Positions 36,682-47,604 of a DNA stretch of 64,000 nt are shown here, piece by piece; within the stretch, counting starts at the first letter, position 1, and each line of letters begins with the position of its first letter. Made by a program: the position numbers and the translations under genes. The notes below the pieces were generated by a model. The model did not search any database. It was not told where the DNA came from and worked only from the letters and a program-made list of their open reading frames with translations. This DNA comes from Bacillota bacterium (lineage in GTDB: Bacteria; Bacillota; Proteinivoracia; UBA4975), in contig JBMNFF010000014.1 in the NCBI GenBank assembly GCA_050949165.1, forward strand, positions 142,796-206,795, written 5' to 3'.

Positions 36682-39600
36682 TCAGCCCTGGCAGCAATCG
36701 ATGAATTCCTGGAGCTGTGCCTGCAGAGCCTGCAACTCTCCGGGGGCCAGGGAAATTTCCACCAGTTGTCGGCCCGGCGGCAGACGCAGCAATTGCAAGA
36801 AGGCTCGCACCGGCTTTTTATAAATTTCCCCGGCTGCCAATGCGTAAAACTGGAGCTGTGGCGCGTACAGATCCAGCAGCGGTTGGATACCCGCCGGGGG
36901 AATCCTGTTGCTCTTATAGTCCAGGATGACCACATGGTCCTGGGCAATCAGGACCCTGTCTATCAGGCCGTAGAACAGGGCGTTGCCCAGGCGGTAATAG
37001 AATTCATGTTCGGTGAAGGACTGGCTGAAATCTCCCGGGAGCCCCGGGTCCTTTTGATATGATTCCAGAAGAGCCTTAGCCGAAAAGAAGACGCGCTCCC
37101 CCTGCTCCGCATCTGCTTCCGGGAAGAATTTTGGCGCCAACTCCCTCAGCAAGGAAGATATGTCGGTCCCGGGCTGGATAACTTCCAGGGCGCTGTGGAG
37201 AAGAGAGCCAAAACTGGCGCCGCCGTGTTCGTGGGACCAATCCCCCTGCTCCTGGACAGGCCCGATTTCTCCGGGCAACCCCCTGGACAGGTAGCGGCGT
37301 TCAAAAAGCTCCCGATCGCTTCGCCACAGGCAGAACTGAGAGATGCTATAGTAGCGAATGGCACGCCTGCCTTTGCCCAGGGGGGTGAGGCCGGGAAAAA
37401 ACTCCTCAATCTCGATGTCCTGTCCTCCCTGGGGCTCGGGAAGGGGAGCGGGCAGTTGTATGTCCAGTCCGCCATCCCCCGGTCGTGATTGCAGGAAATG
37501 CTGGGGCGAGCTGGCTGCGAATTGCCGCAGCCAGCAATTAAAGGAGGGCTCATTCCCTTCCTTGTCCCTGACCAGCACCGCCAGGTAATCTCGGGCCCGG
37601 GTGACGGCTACATAGAGGAGACGCTTGTGCTCTTCCTCTTGGCGTCGGGCCTCCCAGGCCTGAACCTCTTCCCAGACTGCGCAGTCCCAAGGGTACTTAA
37701 AGGCAAGGCCTCCAGCTTCATCCACCAACATCCTCCCGTACCTGGGCCTTAGCGCCGTGGAGCAGGCGGGCAGAAAGACAACGGGAAATTCCAGGCCCTT
37801 GCTGGCGTGAATTGTTAGGATCTTGACCGAGTTGGAATCTTCACTGTCCACTTGGGCTTCGGCTTCACTGAGCTCGGAGGCGTACTCAACCCAGCGCAGG
37901 AATCCCGTCAGGTTGTCATTGCCGGCGGCTGAGTACTTTTCTGCCAAGTCCAGGAGTTTTTGCAAATTTGCAAAGTGCTGCAGGCCGGCAAAGCGAGTGA
38001 GGTTTACCTCCCGGGCCAGGGTCAGGTCCATTGCCCGCTCCACCAGGCGAGGGACTTCCAGCCTGCCCCGGCACTGGCGGAGGGAGGAGATTATCTCTGC
38101 CGCTCGTTCCAGGCGGCGCCGGGGTTCTGCTGCCAGGACATCGCCGCGGTCCAGGAGGCTCCCCCCCTGCTGCCGGGCCATAGCCAGAGCCAGCAGGCTG
38201 TCATCATCCAGGGCGAAGAGGGGGGAGCGCAGCACCGCCGCCAGGGAAAGCTCATCCCGAAGGTTATCCACCACCCGGAGCAGGTTGACAATGTCCTGAA
38301 CTTCCTGCTGTTGGTAAAAGCCGATGCCGCCCACGACAGTATAGGGGATTCCCTTTAGGCGCAGATTATGCTCGTATTCCTTGAGATGGGTGCGGGCCCG
38401 GAGCAGGATGGCGATGTCTCCGTAGCGCAGGGTCCGGGTGCCGCTCCTTTCCTCGATGGTGAGTTCCTTCCCGGCCACCATTTCCCGGATGCGCGAGGCC
38501 AGAATGCGGGCTTCGGCTTCGGCAACGGATTCAGCACCATCGGGGGTGCAGGTCAGCAACTCGGCACAGGGCCCGCTTTCCTGCCGGTGGGCGGCAAGGC
38601 TGATGTACTCGATTTCACTGCCCTGGCCCTTGTCCATGAGTTGGGAAAAGAGGCCGTTGACCAAGGCGATGAGGGATTTCCGGGAGCGATAGTTGCAGGT
38701 GATTCGCTTCTCCCGCTGGGGATTATCCCGGGTCAGTTGCTGGCGTGCCTGGTCAAATACCCGCACCTCTGCCCCCCGGAACCGGTAGATGGACTGCTTT
38801 TCATCCCCCACCAGGAAGAGGCGTCCCGGAGGGATTTCCCCCCCTTCCTCTACTAAGGCGGTGATTATCCTGTACTGGAGTCGGTCGGTATCCTGAAACT
38901 CGTCGATCATATAGGTGCGATAGCGAAGGCGCAATTTCTCAATTACCCAGGGGTTGGCCTGCAGGAGGCGCCATACCGCCAATTGCAAATCGGAAAAGTC
39001 CAGGCCGCCAACCCGGGCCTTGCGGCGCCTGTATTCCCGGTCCAGGTTCATGAGGAGGGAAAGGGTGGCCTCTCCCAACAGCGGAGCCAGGGCGCCGGTG
39101 AGCAGCAAGCGCAGCTGGCCGACTGCCCCATTGACAAACTCTTTCTGCCCCTTGGTCCTGCCTCCCTTGAGTTGGGTCAGGGGAAATAATTCCTGGTACA
39201 AGGCCAACAGTTCACGGGGCGCTTGGACTTCGGCCAGGACCCTTCCCGCCGCAACCAAACCCATGCGCTTCCGGGCCATCTCGGGTTGGTCTTTGTCGGC
39301 AAGGGCGACTGCCAGCTCCGCCTCCCCGCCGACAATTTCCAAGAACCTGTCCCGGCATTGTCGCCACTCCGGGATGGACTTGTACTTGTCGGTAAGGCGG
39401 GCTTCCTCCAAGGGGATGCCCCGGTTCATCAGGGCCTGGTAGGTGCTGCGCAATTGCTGGGCCAGGCCGCCCTCTTCCTCCAGGGCATCTGCCCCTAAGA
39501 CGACAGCCAGGACCTTGAGGTTGGGGTCTTCTCCCCTGACCGCCCCTTGAAAGGTTGCGGCCAGGGCATCATTGAGGAGCATACTCGCCTCCATCTCCTC

Positions 39601-39957
39601 CAGCACCCTGAAGCCCGGGTCAATTCCGGCCTCCACGGGAAAGGAGCGAAGAATCCGGGCATAGAAGGAGTGGATGGTGCCAATGGGGGCCTGGACCAAT
39701 TCGTCCCGAACCTGCTTCCATTGGCTGTCGCCGGTTGCCCGCTCCCGCAGCAGCTGGTCGATGCGCTCCCGCATTTCCCGGGCGGCCTTGGAGGTAAAGG
39801 TGATGGCCACAATTTCCCCGGGACTTAAGCCTCCTTCTTCCAGGAGGCGGACATACCTGTGGGTCAGGACGGTGGTCTTGCCGGAACCAGCTCCGGCATT
39901 TACCACCAGGTTATCGGCGATTGTCGTGGCCGCCAGCTGTTCAGCACTGAGCTGCAT
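36682..39957 (-). CDS. addA: ATP-dependent helicase/nuclease subunit A (AddA-like, UvrD-type helicase + PD-(D/E)xK nuclease)
   Basis: N-terminal GAGSGKT Walker A, UvrD motifs, C-terminal VILDYKSN nuclease motif. Confidence 0.7.
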   Translation of the reverse strand: MQLSAEQLAATTIADNLVVNAGAGSGKTTVLTHRYVRLLEEGGLSPGEIVAITFTSKAAREMRERIDQLLRERATGDSQWKQVRDELVQAPIGTIHSFYARILRSFPVEAGIDPGFRVLEEMEASMLLNDALAATFQGAVRGEDPNLKVLAVVLGADALEEEGGLAQQLRSTYQALMNRGIPLEEARLTDKYKSIPEWRQCRDRFLEIVGGEAELAVALADKDQPEMARKRMGLVAAGRVLAEVQAPRELLALYQELFPLTQLKGGRTKGQKEFVNGAVGQLRLLLTGALAPLLGEATLSLLMNLDREYRRRKARVGGLDFSDLQLAVWRLLQANPWVIEKLRLRYRTYMIDEFQDTDRLQYRIITALVEEGGEIPPGRLFLVGDEKQSIYRFRGAEVRVFDQARQQLTRDNPQREKRITCNYRSRKSLIALVNGLFSQLMDKGQGSEIEYISLAAHRQESGPCAELLTCTPDGAESVAEAEARILASRIREMVAGKELTIEERSGTRTLRYGDIAILLRARTHLKEYEHNLRLKGIPYTVVGGIGFYQQQEVQDIVNLLRVVDNLRDELSLAAVLRSPLFALDDDSLLALAMARQQGGSLLDRGDVLAAEPRRRLERAAEIISSLRQCRGRLEVPRLVERAMDLTLAREVNLTRFAGLQHFANLQKLLDLAEKYSAAGNDNLTGFLRWVEYASELSEAEAQVDSEDSNSVKILTIHASKGLEFPVVFLPACSTALRPRYGRMLVDEAGGLAFKYPWDCAVWEEVQAWEARRQEEEHKRLLYVAVTRARDYLAVLVRDKEGNEPSFNCWLRQFAASSPQHFLQSRPGDGGLDIQLPAPLPEPQGGQDIEIEEFFPGLTPLGKGRRAIRYYSISQFCLWRSDRELFERRYLSRGLPGEIGPVQEQGDWSHEHGGASFGSLLHSALEVIQPGTDISSLLRELAPKFFPEADAEQGERVFFSAKALLESYQKDPGLPGDFSQSFTEHEFYYRLGNALFYGLIDRVLIAQDHVVILDYKSNRIPPAGIQPLLDLYAPQLQFYALAAGEIYKKPVRAFLQLLRLPPGRQLVEISLAPGELQALQAQLQEFIDCCQG

Positions 39958-42900
39958 CTATCCCGCCTCCTCTCTTCAGGTTAAAGCGGTTTTTCTCATA
40001 GCGACAACAGCGCCGGTACTCGCAATAGGTGCAGGCCAACGGCTCTGGATTGGGTGCAAAATTGCCCGCCAGGATGCTCTGGTGCAGATCCCCGGCCCGC
40101 TCCGCCAACGCCCGTTCCAGGTCCCGAAATTCTTTCGGCTCCAGGGAGGCCAACCGCTTATTGGCCCAGGCGGTAAACTCCTGGTTCCAGATTCCGCCGG
40201 CTAATTTGGCTCCCTTGATGACGTAATAACCCCCGCCCATTACCCGGACATTATCATAGCCCAGTCTAGCCAATAGGGCCGGCGCCGCGCTGAGGTACAC
40301 AGGAATTTGCAGGCTCCTGCCTTCAACGATGTCTATGCGGGTTATTTCCCGGGAAGTTTTATAGTCGTATACCACCGCCCAGGTTTCTCCTTCTCTTTCC
40401 AGCACATCGATGCGGTCGATCTTGCCGCGGAAGCGGACGGGACCTTCACCGGGTCGGACCGGTCCCACCGGGGAACCGGGCAAGCCAAAGCTGGCCTCAA
40501 AGAGCACTGGACGCAGGCCTGTCTCTTGCAGCCAGGGCAGATCCGCTTCAATCAGGCCCTGTACCATATTGATGGCATCCCTGAGCCGCAACCGCCACAG
40601 GATGTCTTGGGAATCACCCCCCTGCTCAGCCAGCCATTGCTGGGCCAGGGCTGTCAAGGGTGTGCGGATTGTCTCGGGTTTATTGAGATTGGCTTGCTCC
40701 AAATGCTGGGTGTAGAACTTTTCCAACAACCAGTGGAGGAAGGATCCCCGATCCAGGACAGAGTACTCCGGTACTTCCCCAGGGGCAGGCTCCAGCCCCA
40801 AGCAATAGCGGGCAAAGTAAGAGAAGGGACAGCGGACATATTGCTCAAGGCGGCTGATGGAATAGACCGCTTCCCCCACACCTGCCTTCGCCGGGCCCCT
40901 GTGCGCCAAAACTCCGTCCATATTGTCTGGGGGCAGGGGACCTTCCCGGCGCTGCTCAACCTGGCTGGCCACATGTAGATCGACATATTCCGGCCTGCCT
41001 CTGAGCCAGGCCAGCGCTGGTCCGGATACATCCCGGCCCCGAGCCAGGCCATTGAGCATGCTTTGACGCAACTGCCCCGGAGAAGTTATGGCCTCGGGCT
41101 GCAGGGGTGGCAAGAGATCTGAACTGTCCACAAACTCCTGGGGCATCCCGCCCGCCATCAGGGCGTCGATTTCCTGCCAGAAAGGCGAGGCCTCCGCTTC
41201 CTCCTCGATTCCCGGCAGCAACCGGGAAAGGTAGAGGCAATCCTGAACGGAGGCAACGCAGGAGTGAAAGAAGATCTTCTCCTGGGCAAGGCTCTGCCTG
41301 GATACACTCTCCAGGCCGGGTAGCTCCGCCACCCGGTCCAGCAGCCAGTGCTCCCGGGCGGGGCGGGGAAAGGTCCCCTGATTCAGGCCCAGGATAAAGA
41401 GGTATTTGCACCTGAGACCCCGGACCTGGGCGGGCGAAAATACCCGTGCGGCCCCCGGATTGCTGCGCTCCAGAGAAAGGCCCTGCTCCAGCCAGGGAGA
41501 AAACTCCTCCAGGAACCGGCCGGGGCTGATGGGAGCGGTGCGCTGCAGCAGCTTACAGCAGGCCTGGTAGCCCTGGACGGCGGCCAGGACCTTGGTGAGG
41601 GCTGCTCTGTCCCTGATGTCCTCCTCGCCGTCCCCCATGGGGGCGATCCGCTGGGCATTGGCCTCCGCCAGGGCCCCCAAGAGCCGGCAATGCTCTTGGG
41701 GTGTGAGGTCCTTGACCCGGGCGCCCAGTTCCAGCCAGGCTTGCAGCCCTGGCCGGGCTGCCCGGTACACTTCCAGGAGCCTTTGCTCGCTCCTGTTTTC
41801 CCAGGCTTCTTCCTCCTTCATTTGCCTGGTCAGGCGCCGGACCTCCCGATCCAGTGCCGCGAGCCAGCCTTGGCCCCGGAGATTGCCCCCCAGGCCGACC
41901 ACGGCCTGGGCCATGGCATCCCCATCGTAGTCGGAGGGGAGGTGGGCCCTAAGGTAGGCACATCCGGCAAGGGTCAGCAAGCTCTCCCTGTCCCAGCCCG
42001 AGGCAGCTGCCTGCCAGAGAGCCAATACCTCTCGAACCCAGGGTACTGCCATCAGGTCTACGACCAGTGGCGCCGCCAACTCTATGCCATGCTCCCGGTA
42101 GAGGTGACGCAAGGGAGGCAGGTACTTGCGCTGGTCGGGCACCACCAGGCAGATATCCTCCGGAGAAGCCCCGACGCAGGTTAGCCCCTTAATCTTCCGC
42201 GCAACCAGCTCCAGCTCTTGCCTGAGCCGGGGCGCGGCCAGTCCATGCACTTTGGGCGCCGGGCAAGGTTGCGGTGTGGGGAGGAAGAGATTTTCAGTCA
42301 TTGCAGTGGTAAAGCCTGCCTGGGAACGGACTGCAAACCCCCTTTTCTCCAGAGATTGGATGGTATTAGCCAGGTACTGGTCATGGGCTGGGTGCTTAAA
42401 GGGAACCCAAACCGTGATATCCGCACCAGCAGGGAGCTTGTCCACAATGGCCAGCTGCAGGGGTTCAAAGTCAAGGAACCAGCATATGTGGAACTCCCGG
42501 ACCTCCTTGAGCCAAGGAATACCAGCCAGGGTGGCGGCTGCCAGGGCATATTGTTCTTCAATATCCGCCAGGCCCTTGGCCCGCATGAAGGCTTGGTAAT
42601 CCTGCCAGATTATCAGGACATCGGAGAGAACCGGATCGGGGTTTGCTTTCAGGGCGCCGGTCAACTGAGAGGGAGTGACGCCGGCCCGGCGCAATTGCCC
42701 CAGGGCATAGTTCAACTCTCGGGCCATCCCCCGAGAGCCGGCATAGCGGCCCAAACCGGGCAGGTCTCCGGCCCGCCGGGCCATTATTTCGATGATTATT
42801 TCAGTTGCCGTGGCCTCGTCCAGTTCCTGGATACCCGGATTGGCAATCTCCAGAGCGGCTGCCACGAGATCATCAAAGGTGAGCAAGTTCAGCCGCCGCG

Positions 42901-43075
42901 CAGCCCTCCGCACCAGCCGCAGCCGGTATTCGTGAAGGAGATGGGCAAAGGGCAAGAGCAGGGCAAACTCCTCTTCCCGGCCCGCTTCCACCAGGTCTCC
43001 CAGCCGGTCGAGAAGGGAATCGATATGGCTCTGGTCCCCCATGGGCAGCAAGACAACTTCCTTCATTTTCCCCAC
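39941..43075 (-). CDS. addB: ATP-dependent helicase/nuclease subunit B (AddB-like)
   Basis: C-terminal RecB-like nuclease (VYDYKTS) with CTYCEYRRCC Fe-S cysteines; 17-nt overlap with addA. Confidence 0.65.
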   Translation of the reverse strand: MGKMKEVVLLPMGDQSHIDSLLDRLGDLVEAGREEEFALLLPFAHLLHEYRLRLVRRAARRLNLLTFDDLVAAALEIANPGIQELDEATATEIIIEIMARRAGDLPGLGRYAGSRGMARELNYALGQLRRAGVTPSQLTGALKANPDPVLSDVLIIWQDYQAFMRAKGLADIEEQYALAAATLAGIPWLKEVREFHICWFLDFEPLQLAIVDKLPAGADITVWVPFKHPAHDQYLANTIQSLEKRGFAVRSQAGFTTAMTENLFLPTPQPCPAPKVHGLAAPRLRQELELVARKIKGLTCVGASPEDICLVVPDQRKYLPPLRHLYREHGIELAAPLVVDLMAVPWVREVLALWQAAASGWDRESLLTLAGCAYLRAHLPSDYDGDAMAQAVVGLGGNLRGQGWLAALDREVRRLTRQMKEEEAWENRSEQRLLEVYRAARPGLQAWLELGARVKDLTPQEHCRLLGALAEANAQRIAPMGDGEEDIRDRAALTKVLAAVQGYQACCKLLQRTAPISPGRFLEEFSPWLEQGLSLERSNPGAARVFSPAQVRGLRCKYLFILGLNQGTFPRPAREHWLLDRVAELPGLESVSRQSLAQEKIFFHSCVASVQDCLYLSRLLPGIEEEAEASPFWQEIDALMAGGMPQEFVDSSDLLPPLQPEAITSPGQLRQSMLNGLARGRDVSGPALAWLRGRPEYVDLHVASQVEQRREGPLPPDNMDGVLAHRGPAKAGVGEAVYSISRLEQYVRCPFSYFARYCLGLEPAPGEVPEYSVLDRGSFLHWLLEKFYTQHLEQANLNKPETIRTPLTALAQQWLAEQGGDSQDILWRLRLRDAINMVQGLIEADLPWLQETGLRPVLFEASFGLPGSPVGPVRPGEGPVRFRGKIDRIDVLEREGETWAVVYDYKTSREITRIDIVEGRSLQIPVYLSAAPALLARLGYDNVRVMGGGYYVIKGAKLAGGIWNQEFTAWANKRLASLEPKEFRDLERALAERAGDLHQSILAGNFAPNPEPLACTYCEYRRCCRYEKNRFNLKRGGGIDAAQC

Positions 43076-43100
43076 CCCTGCCGATTATTTATTATTTGCT

Positions 43101-43421
43101 CTACTTTTTCCCGGGCTTATTTTTGCCGCCAGCTTCCTTTAGCAACTGCTTCCACCGGTACCTGCCCATGAAAATCCCGGCGATGCCAAAGACGACGATT
43201 CCCACTATGTAAGTGATGGGAAACAGAGATTTCAGGGCTTCGCCAAAGCTAAGGCGATAGAAGAGCATTTGTACTATGGCGCTGATGAACAGGTACAAAA
43301 AGTATGTGGGGACTCCCCAGTCCAGGACCCCGTGGCGGAGGACAAATTTTTTCTGACCCTGGGCCAGTTCTGCTTTGATCTGTTTCCTTCGCTCTTGCTT
43401 CGCTTTCGACATTTCCGTCAC
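43101..43421 (-). CDS. Small membrane protein (106 aa, 2 TM, Lys-rich termini)
   Basis: ORF between M42 peptidase terminator and addB; hydrophobic core. Confidence 0.35.
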   Translation of the reverse strand: MTEMSKAKQERRKQIKAELAQGQKKFVLRHGVLDWGVPTYFLYLFISAIVQMLFYRLSFGEALKSLFPITYIVGIVVFGIAGIFMGRYRWKQLLKEAGGKNKPGKK

Positions 43422-43465
43422 TCCTTATGCTTTGTATCTATTATAGATTAACCCTGTGACAAGGA

Positions 43466-43489
43466 AAAGTGCTGAAAACCCGGGAGAGA
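43466..43489 (-). terminator. Intrinsic terminator downstream of M42 peptidase gene
   Basis: Minus strand ACCCGGGAGAUCUCUCCCGGGU followed by UUUCAGCACUUUUCC. Confidence 0.45.
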
Positions 43490-43505
43490 TCTCCCGGGTC
43501 GATTC

Positions 43506-44543
43506 TTAGAGGGCGAAGTCGCCGGTATGGGCTGTCTCCAGGAACCTGGCCAGGAGCTTGGCTGTGTTGGCCAGGTCTTCCTTGTTCACCGTCTCGACAT
43601 TGCTGTGGACATAGCGGGTGGGGACGGACAGGGTGATGACGGGGCAACCGCTGCGAGACCGTTCCATGGCGCCGGCATCGGTGCCGCCCCGGGGCAATAT
43701 CTCCATCTGGTACTTGATTTCATGCTTTTCGGCCAGCTCCCGCATAAAGTCCACCAATTTATAATTGGAAATAGAGGCGCTGTCCATTACCTTGATGGCA
43801 GCCCCCTGACCCAGGGCGGTGACCTGAAATTGCGGGGTGCTGCCGGGGCCGTCCACGGCCAGGGTCACATCCAGGGCCACGCCAATGTCGGGGCGGATGC
43901 CGTAGGCGCCGGTGACGGCTCCCCGGAGGCCGACTTCTTCCTGAACGGTGGCAACTGCGTAGATGTCTGCTTCATGATCCTGGACCTGGCGCAGGGCTTT
44001 CAGCATCACCCAAACCCCGACCCTGTCGTCCATGGCCTTGCCGGAGACATTGGCCCCGACTTCCACAAACTCGCGCTGCAAGGTGATGGGATCGCCGATG
44101 CGGACCAATTTTTCCACTTCTTCCTTTGTCCTGCCCAGGTCAACATAGAAGTCCGTTACCTTGAGGGGCGCCTTGGCCTCCTCGGGGGTCATGATATGTA
44201 CCGGCTTCAGCCCGGGCATCAAGACGCCCACCAGATCCTCCCGACCATGGACCACCACGCGCTGGGCCACAAGAGTGCGGGGATCAAAGCCTCCTACCGG
44301 GTTGAAGCGCAAAAAACCCTTTTCGTCGATATGGGAGACCACGAAGCCGATTTCATCCATGTGGCCGCAGATCATGATCTTTTTGTTGCCGGTCTTGCCC
44401 TTCTTCAGGGCGATGACATTGCCCAGGACGTCGACCCGGACCTCATCAGCCAAACCCTCCAGCTCTTTCTTGACGACGGCGCGAATTCTCTCCTCCCGCC
44501 CAGAAATGCCGGGAGTTTCGCTCAACCTTTTCAACAACTCCAT
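43506..44543 (-). CDS. M42 family glutamyl aminopeptidase (FrvX/YsdC-like)
   Basis: 345 aa; M42 metal-binding His/Asp/Glu pattern (ICGHMDEIGF, VQEEVGLRG). Confidence 0.8.
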   Translation of the reverse strand: MELLKRLSETPGISGREERIRAVVKKELEGLADEVRVDVLGNVIALKKGKTGNKKIMICGHMDEIGFVVSHIDEKGFLRFNPVGGFDPRTLVAQRVVVHGREDLVGVLMPGLKPVHIMTPEEAKAPLKVTDFYVDLGRTKEEVEKLVRIGDPITLQREFVEVGANVSGKAMDDRVGVWVMLKALRQVQDHEADIYAVATVQEEVGLRGAVTGAYGIRPDIGVALDVTLAVDGPGSTPQFQVTALGQGAAIKVMDSASISNYKLVDFMRELAEKHEIKYQMEILPRGGTDAGAMERSRSGCPVITLSVPTRYVHSNVETVNKEDLANTAKLLARFLETAHTGDFAL

Positions 44544-44735
44544 TCCGATAACCTCCTTGTGTTTACCTTACCCAAGTGTATTCGCCCCGGCCCTGGATAA
44601 TTCCTGCCCTCCAACTATGCAGATGTCGTCCAAGCTACGACCCAAGGCCGGGTTAGGTCCCCTTTTTATTTAGTGGGAGAAAAAGGATTTCTATTTTTTA
44701 TAAAGAATTATATATAGGAAACGGATAACCCGGAG

Positions 44736-45560
44736 TTGATGGATATGAAGCATGGCATGGTCACCCTCACGGTGGCTGAAGCAAAGCGGCTGATCGGCAA
44801 AGGAGTTGCCGCCCTGCCCCAGGTGCAGAGGGCCATGGCTCAAGGGATGATAATCATCGCCGGCGGCACCACCAACGCCTATGTCGCTGAAGAATTGACG
44901 GGGCTCACAATCGACAAGGCCCGCTATACCGCAGGAATAATCAGCCGGGGACGCTGTTGCGTTACAGCCCATAAAACCCGCCTGTCGCCCCTGGTCTTGC
45001 GCCGAGGAGAGCTTGTCGACATTAACTGGACCGATGCCCTTGGTCAGATGGGACCCGGAGATATCTTTATCAAGGGGGGCAACGCGCTGGACCCTCAAGG
45101 CAATTTGGGGATCCTTCAGGGCAGCCCCAACGGCGGCACCATCGGCGCCGCCCTGGGCAGCATATCGGCCCGGGGTATAGAACTTATAGCTCCGATAGGC
45201 CTGGAAAAACTGGTTCCCAAAATTGCGGATTCCGCCCGCCTCTTGGGAATAGGGCGAATGGATTATTCCCGGGGCATGCAATGCGGCATGCAAATCGTAA
45301 CCGGGGCCACCATCGTCAGTGAAGATAGAGCCTTGGCCCTGCTCAGCGGCTGTCAGGTCGTCGTGGCCGCCAAGGGCGGTGTTGACAGCAGCGCCGGCAG
45401 CACCACCCTGGCCTTTGCCGGCCCGAAAAGGGAGTTTGAGCTGGCTGTCTCGGTGCTCGACTCCGTGCTGGGCGAAAAGGGCCTGATTGCAGATACTCAA
45501 AAATGTCCCTGCCCAAACCCATGCGATTTTGGCAGGGCAAATCCTAAGGGGGCGATCTAG
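44736..45560 (+). CDS. Hypothetical protein with C-terminal CPCPNPC Cys motif, translationally coupled to MCP
   Basis: 274 aa, no family recognised from sequence alone; stop TAG overlaps GTG start of downstream MCP (TAGTG). Confidence 0.5.
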   Translation: MMDMKHGMVTLTVAEAKRLIGKGVAALPQVQRAMAQGMIIIAGGTTNAYVAEELTGLTIDKARYTAGIISRGRCCVTAHKTRLSPLVLRRGELVDINWTDALGQMGPGDIFIKGGNALDPQGNLGILQGSPNGGTIGAALGSISARGIELIAPIGLEKLVPKIADSARLLGIGRMDYSRGMQCGMQIVTGATIVSEDRALALLSGCQVVVAAKGGVDSSAGSTTLAFAGPKREFELAVSVLDSVLGEKGLIADTQKCPCPNPCDFGRANPKGAI

Positions 45561-47569
45561 TGCGATCTATTCGGGCAAAATTGCTGATGGCAGTTCTCTC
45601 AACCCTTATTGCTGTCTTCTTAATCTCTACCCTGGCCCAGCTCAGCCAGGTCGGAAGCAACGTCCGGGAACAAATCGAGCAATACGGCACCACCCTTGTC
45701 ACCGAGCGGGCCCAGCGCCTGACCCTGTGGCTGGCCAGCAAGCGCCAGGAGGCCCAGTATCTCTCGGTGCATCCTCAATTAGTATCTCCCGATATATCCG
45801 ATGTTCAATCCCGTATTAACTTCCTCAACCAGCAACATAAGGACCACCTCAGCGGTTATGATAACCTGTTTTTCATCGACAACCAAATGAATGGGTATGT
45901 GGGCGGGCAGATTGTGCGCTTTTCCCGGCAGACGTACTCGGCCTACAGCACCTTGGAAGATGCCATTGATTCGCGCCAGCAGAGGATCAGCAGCCCCTTC
46001 CGCTCTGAGCTTTCCAACCACTTCGTAATCCTCATCGCCACTCCCATTATCTCCATGGATGGACAATTGCTGGGGCTACTGGCGGCGACCCTGAGCATGC
46101 AGGATTTTGGCGCCATGCTCCTGGACCTGGTAAAGCCGGAAACCAATGAGACGGCCTTTATCGTGGACAATCAGGGCACCGTGGTCGCCCATCCCGATCC
46201 TGCCATCATCGGCCGGGAAAATATCCACACCACCCAAGTTATTCCCGGCATCACCGAACAGGCCGAAACCATCATGCAACAGGCCTTTGGCAATGTCACT
46301 TACCAAGGGGATGACGGCAGCCAATACGCCTACTACCGCCGCATCCTGGAAACTGATGGCTGGGTCCTCATCTACACGGCCTCCGCCCGCGCCTTTAACC
46401 GCCCCTTAATCCAGACCAGAACCTGGCTGATTTTCAGTAACCTCCTGGCCGTAGCCCTGGTCGGCGCCGTCATTTACCTCAGCGCTGAAGCCATAACCCG
46501 CCCTCTGCGTCAAATGGTTTCCGTCATGGGGGATATTGCCACCGGGGACCTAACCCAGAAGGTCCAGGTTGTCTCCGATGACGAGGTGGGGCAGACAGCG
46601 CGCTATGCCAACCTCATGGCTGACGGTCTTGCCAATATCATTCGTGAACTCAAAGGGCTGGCCAACACCATCGTCACCTCCGGGCAGCAGATTGCCGCCT
46701 CCATCGAGGAGAGTACCAGCGGCCTGGAACAGTCCAGCAACCTGGCTACAGAAATCGGCAGCAACATGCAACTGAACGCCGCCTCCATCGATCAGACCAA
46801 GAACTCAGCCCAGTATGTGGCAAACAGCGCCCAGATAGTTTCGCAACTGACCGGGGAGGCCGCCGAGGAATGTGCCACGGCCGTGCATAAAGCCACCACC
46901 GGCGGCGAGGCCGTGGCCGAGGTCGTCGACGCTATGGCGGAAATCAGTTCCTCCTCTGAACAGGTCAATCAGTTGGTCGAGAACCTCATCGATTCGGCTC
47001 AACGCATCGAGGATATGTTGGAGCTGATAACCCAAATCTCGGAACAGACCAACCTCCTCTCCCTCAACGCCGCCATCGAAGCGGCCAGGGCCGGAGAAAT
47101 GGGGCAAGGCTTCGCCGTCGTCGCCAGTGAAGTGCGCAAGCTGGCTACCCGAAGCACCCACGCCGTCGAGGAGATCGCCCAGCTGGTGGAAGATATTCGC
47201 CGCAAGGTGGACAGCACCAGCCACGCGGTGCAGCACAGCAACAATATCATACACCAGGCCGAAGACAGATCGCGGTTGACCATGGCCACCATCGACAGCA
47301 TGGTCGCCAGTATCAACAGCGTGGAACAAAAGATCAGGCAGGTCGCCGAAGCAGCCGCCGAGCAGGCCGTCAACAGCAACTCCATCCGGGAGGCTGTGGC
47401 CAATATCGCCGCCGCAACCCAGGAAACTTCGGCGGGGTCCCAGGAACTGGGCGCCACCCTGGAGGAGCAGGTGGCCATTCTGGCGGATATCGAAGATACC
47501 GTCGCAGAACTGACCCAGCTGGTCCAGAGACTGGATCAGATGATGCAACGCTTCAAGCTGGAAGAATAG
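45560..47569 (+). CDS. Methyl-accepting chemotaxis protein (dCache-type sensor, HAMP, MA domain)
   Basis: N-terminal TM + periplasmic sensor + TM, HAMP, highly conserved signalling domain ([31 protein letters not shown]). Confidence 0.85.
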   Translation: MRSIRAKLLMAVLSTLIAVFLISTLAQLSQVGSNVREQIEQYGTTLVTERAQRLTLWLASKRQEAQYLSVHPQLVSPDISDVQSRINFLNQQHKDHLSGYDNLFFIDNQMNGYVGGQIVRFSRQTYSAYSTLEDAIDSRQQRISSPFRSELSNHFVILIATPIISMDGQLLGLLAATLSMQDFGAMLLDLVKPETNETAFIVDNQGTVVAHPDPAIIGRENIHTTQVIPGITEQAETIMQQAFGNVTYQGDDGSQYAYYRRILETDGWVLIYTASARAFNRPLIQTRTWLIFSNLLAVALVGAVIYLSAEAITRPLRQMVSVMGDIATGDLTQKVQVVSDDEVGQTARYANLMADGLANIIRELKGLANTIVTSGQQIAASIEESTSGLEQSSNLATEIGSNMQLNAASIDQTKNSAQYVANSAQIVSQLTGEAAEECATAVHKATTGGEAVAEVVDAMAEISSSSEQVNQLVENLIDSAQRIEDMLELITQISEQTNLLSLNAAIEAARAGEMGQGFAVVASEVRKLATRSTHAVEEIAQLVEDIRRKVDSTSHAVQHSNNIIHQAEDRSRLTMATIDSMVASINSVEQKIRQVAEAAAEQAVNSNSIREAVANIAAATQETSAGSQELGATLEEQVAILADIEDTVAELTQLVQRLDQMMQRFKLEE

Positions 47570-47604
47570 AAAAAAACGGGCGCTTCACGCGCCCGTTTTT
47601 TTTG
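47570..47604. terminator. Bidirectional intrinsic terminator (MCP / isomerase convergent)
   Basis: AAAAAAACGGGCGCTTCACGCGCCCGTTTTTTTT. Confidence 0.55.
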
